Below are positions 57,076 to 64,000 of a stretch of DNA of 64,000 nucleotides, piece after piece (position 1 is the first letter of the stretch; each line of letters opens with the position of its first letter). Source of the stretch: an uncultured Candidatus Saccharibacteria bacterium (GTDB lineage Bacteria; Patescibacteriota; Saccharimonadia; Saccharimonadales; JALRHH01); assembly GCA_964559915.1 (NCBI GenBank), contig CAZLJP010000003.1:17870-81869 (forward strand). The letters run 5' to 3'. The notes below the pieces were generated by a model. It did no database searches. It saw only the letters and a program-made list of their open reading frames with translations, and had not been told where the DNA came from. The translations under genes and the position numbers were made by a program.

Positions 57076-57104
57076 AAAAAACCCTCCGGCCGGAGGGTTT
57101 TTTA
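57076..57104. terminator. Bidirectional intrinsic terminator
   Basis: AAAAAACCCTCCGG/CCGGAGGGTTTTTT between convergent hsp20 and pilin-like gene P1. Confidence 0.8.
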
Positions 57105-57118
57105 AATTGTCTAACTTT

Positions 57119-57535
57119 TTATTCGCTGCCGCTAATGGCTTTGCCAAGTACAAACTTGACGATAACCTGTGCCAAGGCAACAATCACAAGGCCAATGATG
57201 GCGTACAGAATGGTATTCTTTGCGCTTTGTACATTGTTACTATCACCAGATGAAGTGATGTACTTCAAGCCACCGATGATAATCATGATGACTGAGACTA
57301 CGCCGACTACAAGAGAGAAGATAGTAATGACGGTTTTGATAAGGCCATTGATTTTGTCGTTGGCGCCATCAGTACTCTCGGTACAGTCACTGCCACCACC
57401 AACATCAAAGCTAGCGCCCTGACAGAGGCTGTCTTGGATGTCGTCTGCTGATGCAACAGCAGGGACAAGCAATGGTGCTGCAAACAGGCTAAGTAATAGA
57501 CTGGCTGCGATTAATTTTTTGATTGTTTTTAGCAT
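57119..57535 (-). CDS. T4SS pilin-like protein P1 (138 aa)
   Basis: Signal peptide, Cys-x12-Cys, then IIGGLKYITSSGDSNNVQSAKNTILYAIIGLVIVALAQVIVKFVLG two-helix core. Confidence 0.7.
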   Translation of the reverse strand: MLKTIKKLIAASLLLSLFAAPLLVPAVASADDIQDSLCQGASFDVGGGSDCTESTDGANDKINGLIKTVITIFSLVVGVVSVIMIIIGGLKYITSSGDSNNVQSAKNTILYAIIGLVIVALAQVIVKFVLGKAISGSE

Positions 57536-57608
57536 TTATAATACCTTTCTTATTTCTAATGACTACTTATACCACAGGGTGATGTGCGCGACAAGGCTGG
57601 CATCGGCT

Positions 57609-58022
57609 TTAGCCGGTAGCCTTACCTAGTACAAAATGAACGATAATCTGGGCCATCAATACAATCACCAGACCGACGACGGCATAAATCAAAGTGTTTC
57701 TGGCACTTTTGATGCCGTTGGCGTCGCCACTAGCGGTGATAAACTTCAGGCCGCCTATAATAATCATAATAACCGCTATCACCCCAGCTACCAGGCTCAA
57801 TATTTGCAAAATATTGGCGATTAAATCAGTCAGGTTTGAGCCACTCTCACTGCCATCATCACCACAGCTTGTATCTGCATTAATTGCTCCGATAGTCTCG
57901 CAGGCGGCCTGTTTAGAAGCCTCTCCGGCTGCGGCTATATATGGTGTCTGGGCAGCAGCAAGGGCAGGTGACAGACAGAAGGCAAACAACAAGCTAACTA
58001 CAAGTACTATGCGCTGCTTCAT
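57609..58022 (-). CDS. T4SS pilin-like protein P2 (137 aa)
   Basis: Signal peptide, Cys-x11-Cys, core IIGGLKFITASGDANGIKSARNTLIYAVVGLVIVLMAQIIVHFVLG. Confidence 0.7.
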   Translation of the reverse strand: MKQRIVLVVSLLFAFCLSPALAAAQTPYIAAAGEASKQAACETIGAINADTSCGDDGSESGSNLTDLIANILQILSLVAGVIAVIMIIIGGLKFITASGDANGIKSARNTLIYAVVGLVIVLMAQIIVHFVLGKATG

Positions 58023-58429
58023 TAGAGTTTTCCTACAACAAACACTACGAGCGTTCGTGCCAACACAATTACAACCAAGCCAATCACGGCATACAGAATG
58101 GCGTTCCGAGCGCTGCTGACTTTGCCAGGGTCGCCCGTCGATACCATAAACTGAATACCCGCTATCACAATAATGATAGTTGCTGCTATGCCAGCGATGA
58201 TGGCAATAATATTGGCAATTTTGGTAATAATGCCGTCGGGGCCATAAATGGTGTTGTCGCCTGGGTCTTGTGAGGTTTCGCGGTCCTGACAGACAGATGA
58301 ACTACTGGCTTCGCCACTATTACAGGCTTGGTCAAAGATAGCACTTTCGGCAGAAACAACCGACAGACCACCCGCTGATACCACAAAACCCGTCAGCAGG
58401 CTCAATGCAAGAAGCTTCAAGCGACTCAT
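58022..58429 (-). CDS. T4SS pilin-like protein P3 (135 aa)
   Basis: Signal peptide, Cys-x10-Cys, core VIAGIQFMVSTGDPGKVSSARNAILYAVIGLVVIVLARTLVVFVVG. TAATG overlap with P2. Confidence 0.7.
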   Translation of the reverse strand: MSRLKLLALSLLTGFVVSAGGLSVVSAESAIFDQACNSGEASSSSVCQDRETSQDPGDNTIYGPDGIITKIANIIAIIAGIAATIIIVIAGIQFMVSTGDPGKVSSARNAILYAVIGLVVIVLARTLVVFVVGKL

Positions 58430-58707
58430 CAGACGCGACCAACCACAAAAGTTACAATAGTAAAGGCGGATGCCGCTATAACTAAGCCGATGAGAGCATA
58501 GATAATGGTGTTCTTGGCCTTGGCAACTTCGGCGGCTTCACCTCTAGAGAGCACATATTTGAGGCCTGCTATAACTAACATCAAAATCGCCAGTGCTGCC
58601 GCAAATCCGAACACCACTTGTAGTACTGTATTCAGTGAGCCTTGGCCTAATTCTGCCTTGGGTACATCAAAGCTATCATCAGTTAGGGCAAAGAAGATGT
58701 TGCTCAT
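58429..58707 (-). CDS. T4SS pilin-like protein P4 (92 aa, no signal peptide, no Cys)
   Basis: Core VIAGLKYVLSRGEAAEVAKAKNTIIYALIGLVIAASAFTIVTFVVG. TGATG overlap with P3. Confidence 0.65.
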   Translation of the reverse strand: MSNIFFALTDDSFDVPKAELGQGSLNTVLQVVFGFAAALAILMLVIAGLKYVLSRGEAAEVAKAKNTIIYALIGLVIAASAFTIVTFVVGRV

Positions 58708-59075
58708 GAGGTAAACTGCCCCCCGATGAACGACACCACACCCGTAGCAATTATCGCAATCACCAGACCAATCAGGGCATTCATAATAGATTGACGGGCA
58801 GCGCTGGCTTTATCCGGCTCACCCTGGCTAGTGATAAACAAAATAGCGCCATATATTATGTAACCCACAGCAACAATCGCACCGATACGCAGCATAATAT
58901 CAACCACGGCTAGTAAGATAGCCGATATGTCCCCAGGGAAGTTAATTATCGGGCTACAAGTACCTGATGAATCTGTCTCACCAGGTAAATATTCATACCA
59001 GGTTGGTAATATAGATATGCCGCCAGAGCCGGGCTCACAAGCAGCAGCAAAGTTAGTAATAGAATCCAAAGCCAC
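58704..59075 (-). CDS. T4SS pilin-like protein P5 (123 aa, no signal peptide)
   Basis: Cys-x26-Cys, core IYGAILFITSQGEPDKASAARQSIMNALIGLVIAIIATGVVSFIGG. ATGA overlap with P4. Confidence 0.65.
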   Translation of the reverse strand: MALDSITNFAAACEPGSGGISILPTWYEYLPGETDSSGTCSPIINFPGDISAILLAVVDIMLRIGAIVAVGYIIYGAILFITSQGEPDKASAARQSIMNALIGLVIAIIATGVVSFIGGQFTS

Positions 59076-59487
59076 TAATTACCCCTCCTGGAACCAACCA
59101 TTGTAATAATGAATAACCAAATATAAGCAGAAGCAACGCAAGCAGGGCGTTGGTAATCTTGCTCTTGGCGGCCTGAACTTTGCTAGAATCTGCCCCAGCA
59201 GCAGAATACTGAACCCCACCCCAAACGATTACGGCAATTATGACCACGGCTGCAATAGCAGAAAGAGCATTAGTTATGGTCACTACTATTTTAATAATGC
59301 CGCAATTGTCTTCGTTAAGTTGTTGTCCGGAGTCAACTTTGCAATCTTCTTCGGATCGTTCAACACCTACTTGATCCAGACTGTTTGTGCTATCAGCATA
59401 TACTAATGACGGACCGACAGAGAGCAAGGACAGACCAAAGATAGACAGTGCAGTGAACGACAATAATTTATGTTTTAGAACGCGCAT
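59053..59487 (-). CDS. T4SS pilin-like protein P6 (144 aa, most divergent)
   Basis: Signal peptide, Cys-x12-Cys, core VWGGVQYSAAGADSSKVQAAKSKITNALLALLLLIFGYSLLQWLV. 23-nt overlap with P5. Confidence 0.6.
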   Translation of the reverse strand: MRVLKHKLLSFTALSIFGLSLLSVGPSLVYADSTNSLDQVGVERSEEDCKVDSGQQLNEDNCGIIKIVVTITNALSAIAAVVIIAVIVWGGVQYSAAGADSSKVQAAKSKITNALLALLLLIFGYSLLQWLVPGGVISGFGFYY

Positions 59488-59496
59488 TTACCGACT

Positions 59497-59502
59497 ATTA
59501 TA
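59497..59502 (-). promoter_or_regulatory. -10 box for the pilin operon (near-leaderless layout)
   Basis: TATAAT on the minus strand, 9 nt before the P6 ATG, no SD. Confidence 0.4.
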
Positions 59503-59582
59503 TGGTGTTTTAGATATTTCTCAACATTATGGGCTAATCAGATTGCTCAAACCATTCTCCTCCATTACAATTAAGCGTAATC

Positions 59583-60518
59583 ATGATGTTCTCTCGCAAG
59601 CTGCGACTTCTAGCTATTCCACTGCTCCTCTTCTGGGGTACTATCAGCACACTCAGTGTTGCACTACCATCCCACCATGTATACGCAGCAGAGACGAGCG
59701 ATAGTGAAAGTGAAGATACTGCCACTCTCGGTAAGGACGTAAAGTGTGAGTTCTCGCTTAACGCAGCAATAGGCTGGTTTCTATGTCGCTTTATTGACCT
59801 GATTGACGGAACCCTCAATTGGCTCGACCAACAGGTGAATGCTCTGCTATTTGTAGACAACAAGTACTACTCGACCGAGAATATTGGTGATACATGGAGA
59901 GCTATGCGCAACATTGCGCTCCTCTTGCTTGTTCCTATGATGCTTGTCATGGTGATAGGAACGGCAGTGGGCATTGGACCGTTTGATGCATACACCGTTA
60001 AAAAAGCCTTGCCCCGCATGGTTTTGGCAGTGATGTTCATTGTGTTGTCTTTGCCCATCTGCCAATTTGCCGTTCAGCTAAGTAACGGGGTTGGCAACGG
60101 TCTGGGTAATCTGATTCTTTCCGTTACCCCGCCAGATGCAAGAGTAGAATCCATTAATCAGATATTTAATGGGCAAGACACTACCGACAATGGAACTAAT
60201 AACTTGTTGGGGCTCGGGTTATTGGTTGGTGGAGCGGCTGCCGGTTTTGGGGTTGGACTGACTATCTTCCTCTTTGCAGCGACTGCCGTATTGGGGCTGT
60301 TTATGGGTTTTGTCGTGTTAATTATGCGAGAGGTGTTGCTAGTAACGCTTATCGTCATAGGACCCATAGCTATAATTGCCTGGATATTCCCAGGCAATGA
60401 CAAGTTATGGAGTATCTGGAGAACTACATTCATCGCAATGCTTATGATGTACCCGCTGATAGCCTTACTGATAGCAGCGGGTAAGTTTGTAGCTGGAATA
60501 TCGGGGACACCAACATAA
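59583..60518 (+). CDS. VirB6/TrbL-like polytopic membrane protein (311 aa)
   Basis: Signal peptide plus 6 or more TM helices with Gly-rich loops. Position in the T4SS cluster supports the call. Assignment by topology only. Confidence 0.5.
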   Translation: MMFSRKLRLLAIPLLLFWGTISTLSVALPSHHVYAAETSDSESEDTATLGKDVKCEFSLNAAIGWFLCRFIDLIDGTLNWLDQQVNALLFVDNKYYSTENIGDTWRAMRNIALLLLVPMMLVMVIGTAVGIGPFDAYTVKKALPRMVLAVMFIVLSLPICQFAVQLSNGVGNGLGNLILSVTPPDARVESINQIFNGQDTTDNGTNNLLGLGLLVGGAAAGFGVGLTIFLFAATAVLGLFMGFVVLIMREVLLVTLIVIGPIAIIAWIFPGNDKLWSIWRTTFIAMLMMYPLIALLIAAGKFVAGISGTPT

Positions 60519-61720
60519 TGATAGATATTTTCTTCGCAGCTACAGCAGATTCAGTAGCCGATTCAGATTTAGTCAGAAAGCTTATTCAACTCATAGCATA
60601 TGCGGCTCCATACTTTCTCATACCATGGACATTCAAAGCTGGTATGGGCGTGTTTGGTGCCCTAACGGGCGCTGTCAATGACCGCAGCAGGGGCGGTTTT
60701 GATAGACTTAGAAAAGCTCGTCAAAACAAACGCGCAGCAACTTGGCAAAGAGCAAGGAACTTTGAAAGGTTTAAAGCTCCTGGTTTACGAAAGCTTAATA
60801 CTGCAATTGGCGCAGGAGCGAACCCCAGAAGCATGCTGGGTGGAAAGACGGGTGTTTTAGCTGCTCGTGAAGGTGGACGACTAGCTCAGGCTGCTGCCGA
60901 CCTCGAGAACGATAAGATATTCCAAGCGCATAAAAATGACGATAAGTTCTTGGCTGCACTGGCAAATCGCCAATTGGCAACAGATAATCTAAAAAGTGCA
61001 CAAGCAAAGCTTACTGAAGCACGAGCATCTGGTGACCAAGATAAGATTAATGCTGCACAGGCAGATGTGGATGCCCGAACTTACGGACTTACCGCTGCCG
61101 GGCGAGTCGCTTCGAAGAATATGAGATCTACGCAGGCAGCCGCTTTTGATGCGTGGACCAAAACCGGATACGAAGTATCGGCTGGGCAAAAGGGCTATGA
61201 GGAGATTCGAAGCACTGCAGAAAAGATATCAGGTGGTGATCCGGGTGTTATGAGCTCAATGATGAACCAGGCACAATACAACCTAAAGGGTGCTCTGCGC
61301 CCAGACCTGGGTGGTCTTAATAACGGTGCCGTTGGAACTCGTGAAACTATTAAATCTGGTATTCGTAAGCTTAATAACTATGGTCGTGGGCAAGGCAAAA
61401 CAGAGCTATACCATGGCGGTGCCGAAGCATGGCTAGGCGTCAGCTCAGCAGATGAAGCTTTCGGCCCAAAGCTAGGTCAAATAATGGCTTCGGGTGGCGA
61501 ACAGCAATTGAAAGATGTAGCCGAATGGCATGGTATGCTCCGAGCTGATTATCAAGGAGCTACTGATGGTAACAAGCTAGAGATTATGAAACAGATAGAA
61601 GCTATAGAGTCTGCTCGAGTTGGCGGAACTCCAGAAGAAAGAGAGACCTTTGCTAAGAAACTTGCTGAAAATAACGCTTCGGCAAGAACTTACGTTGATC
61701 GATCAGAGCTAGATAAATGA
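60518..61720 (+). CDS. Hypothetical T4SS-associated protein (400 aa), one N-terminal TM then a helical Ala/Lys/Gln-rich domain
   Basis: TAATG overlap with the VirB6-like gene. Could be the cytoplasmic continuation of a split VirB6-like protein. Confidence 0.5.
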   Translation: MIDIFFAATADSVADSDLVRKLIQLIAYAAPYFLIPWTFKAGMGVFGALTGAVNDRSRGGFDRLRKARQNKRAATWQRARNFERFKAPGLRKLNTAIGAGANPRSMLGGKTGVLAAREGGRLAQAAADLENDKIFQAHKNDDKFLAALANRQLATDNLKSAQAKLTEARASGDQDKINAAQADVDARTYGLTAAGRVASKNMRSTQAAAFDAWTKTGYEVSAGQKGYEEIRSTAEKISGGDPGVMSSMMNQAQYNLKGALRPDLGGLNNGAVGTRETIKSGIRKLNNYGRGQGKTELYHGGAEAWLGVSSADEAFGPKLGQIMASGGEQQLKDVAEWHGMLRADYQGATDGNKLEIMKQIEAIESARVGGTPEERETFAKKLAENNASARTYVDRSELDK

Positions 61721-61764
61721 CCATACTATTGACTTAATTGCTATATTGTGCTAATGTTTATATC

Positions 61765-62634
61765 ATGGAATCCGTTCCTCCCCAGAACCAAGAAGATGAC
61801 ATTAATCAAACTCTGGTGATACCCCCAACGCCAGAGGCTATTGCCGAATCTAGCGAACAAGCAAATAGAGAATCGATTGGCCGTAGAATCGGTGCTTTAT
61901 TGGTAGATGTCCCCCAGGGTTTTGTTGAGCGAAAGTTAGCACGCGCAGAAACATACGCATATCGTGCACAGAAATCCCACAGAACACGGTCGGATACGCT
62001 AAAACCAGGTGAGAAAATATCAAAACGAATCGATATTACAAAGCAACAGCTAAAGGGAGAAATTAGCTCACATGATGCACGTATCCAGCGCCTCAAAACC
62101 AAAGCGAACACTGACCTCAGTTATAGAGAGATTAAACGTACTCAACGAAACCTAAAAGTTACGGCTTTTCTAGCTGGTATTGTTGGGGTGCGTCGTGATG
62201 TTGAAGCTCCCCAGAGTATCGAACCAGCGACAATCAATCCTGCTAACATCGAGCTTGGTGAATCTTACAAAGAAAGGTTAGAGCGCGAAGCTCAAGAGCG
62301 TGCAGAAAGGCGCGATAACAAGCACAAAGAGGGTGGAGGGAAAAGCGTAAAGCTCACTTCTGAGCAGAAAGCCGTACTTTCGATTGACCATATGGAGGCT
62401 CTGAATTCCCGTATTAAGCCCGAAGCTGACGTGATTACCAAAAGACCAGCACGAACCGAAGAAGAAAAAGAAGCAAAGCGTAGAAATTTAACAGACAAAC
62501 GATTGGAGATAGTTAAAGACTACCTCGAAGATAACGGTATTGATGCGAGTAATCCTGCGGTTATTCAGGAGATATCAAGGCGCTATCTTATTATTGCCGA
62601 GGCTCATGATTGGCTAAGCACAACTGTAGAATAA
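61765..62634 (+). CDS. Hypothetical highly charged protein (289 aa)
   Basis: Start set at ATG 61765 (MESVPPQ); the ORF track begins at TTG 61738. Lys/Arg/Glu-rich with one hydrophobic segment VTAFLAGIVGV. Confidence 0.45.
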   Translation: MESVPPQNQEDDINQTLVIPPTPEAIAESSEQANRESIGRRIGALLVDVPQGFVERKLARAETYAYRAQKSHRTRSDTLKPGEKISKRIDITKQQLKGEISSHDARIQRLKTKANTDLSYREIKRTQRNLKVTAFLAGIVGVRRDVEAPQSIEPATINPANIELGESYKERLEREAQERAERRDNKHKEGGGKSVKLTSEQKAVLSIDHMEALNSRIKPEADVITKRPARTEEEKEAKRRNLTDKRLEIVKDYLEDNGIDASNPAVIQEISRRYLIIAEAHDWLSTTVE

Positions 62635-62642
62635 ATAATTCT

Positions 62643-62651
62643 TGCTATACT
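62643..62651 (+). promoter_or_regulatory. Extended -10 promoter for the PrgI-like gene (near-leaderless layout)
   Basis: TGCTATACT ends 8 nt before ATG 62660, no SD. Confidence 0.4.
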
Positions 62652-62659
62652 TAAGCAGT

Positions 62660-63565
62660 ATGGGTACCTACAAAGTAATCCAAGATATTGAGGCCGATGA
62701 CAAATTAATCGGCTGGATGACGCCACGTCAGGCAATTTATGCCACGATTGTGGTTATTTCTGGTGCTATTGGTTTTTTGTTCATCACCAAGGGTGCGTGG
62801 TGGGCAGCTATACCGCTATTACCACACATGATACTATTTGCAGTTTTGGCTGGGCCGTTCATGCATGATCAGCCCGCCGAAGTGTGGCTTTTGGCCAAGA
62901 TTCAGTTCTTCCTAAAACCTCGTAAACGCATATGGGACCAGAGTGGCATATCCGAGCTAGTAACCATAACTGTGCCCAAAAAGATTGAGCGGATACTCAC
63001 CGATGGGCTCAGCCAAACAGAGGTCAAAAGCCGATTACAGGTCCTGGCTAATGTAATAGATAGTCGCGGTTGGTCAACCAAAAATATTGCCACAAACCCA
63101 TATGGGCCAACGGGGTACGCATTTGCAAATAGTGATCGCTTGGTTGATACCAGCCAACTACCCCAACAAGTTCCAGCCATTGATGTGACAGACCAGGAAG
63201 ATATCCTGGATGAACAGATGAATCCAACCGCGCAGCATTTACAGCAAATGATTGCCCAATCGTCTCAGGCCCATAGAGAACAGGTGATTAAGACCATGCA
63301 TCATCCGATAAAGAAGCCTACTAAAAAAGATGAGCCGGCTCAGCAGTGGTTCGCAAACGATAGTAATACTACTACCGGCACTACTAAGCCAACAGCCACA
63401 AAACATCGACAGCCCGCAACCACACCAGCTCAACCAATAAACCCCGTCGTACAGCAATTAGCAAACAACGATGACCTCAATATAGCCACAATTGCTAGGC
63501 AGGCAAACAAGGCGACTGGCCAGTCAGAACTTGGCAATAATGAAGTGGTGATTTCACTCCACTAG
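62660..63565 (+). CDS. PrgI/VirB3-like T4SS membrane protein with Thr/Pro/Gln-rich tail (301 aa)
   Basis: YKVIQDIEADDKLIGWMTPRQAIYATIVVISGAIGFLF followed by a second TM matches my recollection of the PrgI-family N-terminus. Start set at ATG 62660. Confidence 0.55.
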   Translation: MGTYKVIQDIEADDKLIGWMTPRQAIYATIVVISGAIGFLFITKGAWWAAIPLLPHMILFAVLAGPFMHDQPAEVWLLAKIQFFLKPRKRIWDQSGISELVTITVPKKIERILTDGLSQTEVKSRLQVLANVIDSRGWSTKNIATNPYGPTGYAFANSDRLVDTSQLPQQVPAIDVTDQEDILDEQMNPTAQHLQQMIAQSSQAHREQVIKTMHHPIKKPTKKDEPAQQWFANDSNTTTGTTKPTATKHRQPATTPAQPINPVVQQLANNDDLNIATIARQANKATGQSELGNNEVVISLH

Positions 63566-63664
63566 ATTCTGTGAGAATTCTAGTACTCAAGCCCTGGTAC
63601 ACAGGCTCTAAAAGGGGTATACTTAAGCGGTATAAACCTCGAGTAGGGTGGGACAAAAACGTAC

Positions 63665-64000
63665 ATGGATCCACAATCACCATATCCCCAATATCCATCA
63701 GCACAAGGTGGCGTTCCGCAAGGCGTGCCTCCTGCTGGTCCATACCCACAACAGCCCAGTCAGCCAGGCTTTCCACCCGTTGGGCCAACACCTTATGGAG
63801 CAGGCCAGCCACAAATGGCATATCCACAGCCCGGCATGCCAGTTCAGCCCCCGGCTTACGGACAGTCGCCGGTAGCCGGCCAGGCTCAGGTATATGGCGG
63901 CCAAGTTGGGCAACCACAGCCCGCACCAGCACCACGTAGTAATCCAAATAGCACACAGAACGCACTACAGATTGCCGAGATTCGTGACGGTATTGTCATT
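63665..64000 (+). CDS. VirB4/PrgJ-like T4SS ATPase, N-terminal fragment with Pro/Gln-rich extension (runs off window end)
   Basis: Frame open from ATG 63665 to the window end (112 codons): MDPQSPYPQYPSAQGG...PRSNPNSTQNALQIAEIRDGIVI. The last 20 aa resemble the usual N-terminus of Gram-positive VirB4-like ATPases. Not in the ORF track (no stop). Confidence 0.5.
   Translation, partial: MDPQSPYPQYPSAQGGVPQGVPPAGPYPQQPSQPGFPPVGPTPYGAGQPQMAYPQPGMPVQPPAYGQSPVAGQAQVYGGQVGQPQPAPAPRSNPNSTQNALQIAEIRDGIVI

Noticed and set aside
63495-63965. Three listed ORFs (63495-63965-, 63571-63939+, 63648-63875+, plus 63698-63913-) at the window end.
   Set aside because: They are shadow frames of the Pro/Gln-rich N-terminal extension of the VirB4-like gene. 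The real frame (from 63665) has no stop in the window and so was not listed.

Overview
Dense chromosomal window, mostly minus-strand coded up to about 35 kb. It holds roughly 60 protein genes and 4 tRNA genes. I saw no rRNA, CRISPR array, transposase or integrase. The content fits a reduced-genome Patescibacteria/Saccharibacteria (TM7)-like organism: a minimal housekeeping set, many small membrane proteins, a Gram-positive-type T4SS, ComF, a WhiB-like protein and orphan metabolic steps. That taxonomic call is inference from content only. Housekeeping genes recognised from motifs: truB, rpsT, holA, mutM, polA, rpoD, dnaG, orn, msrB, mscL, cysH-like, argS, groES/groEL with a CIRCE operator, a MurE-family ligase, tsaD, valS, ino1 and comF. 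Regions most worth a second look: (1) 57.1-64.0 kb holds six tandem, translationally coupled T4SS-pilin-like paralogs, divergent from a VirB6-like / unknown / unknown / PrgI-like / VirB4-like block, with no relaxase, coupling protein or integrase visible. (2) 35.8-36.4 kb holds a 381-nt gene with strongly foreign composition (about 87% GC3 by hand count), followed by long hairpins and wedged between the groESL region and an amidinotransferase-like gene. (3) 25.13-25.29 kb holds a 22-codon polycysteine micro-ORF plus an intrinsic terminator directly upstream of cysH, and the Cys-codon run is complementary to the terminator loop. (4) A 54-nt upstream element occurs twice (592-645 and 7023-7076) with compensatory changes in a start-codon-proximal hairpin. 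(5) A CDP-alcohol phosphatidyltransferase / PHP phosphatase / CarS-like operon sits next to a PIG-L deacetylase, with ino1 elsewhere in the window. (6) The tRNA-Arg locus is flanked by 5' and 3' fragments of the same tRNA. All coordinates, alignments and counts were done by eye from the sequence. No database search was run, so family names are recognition from motifs.
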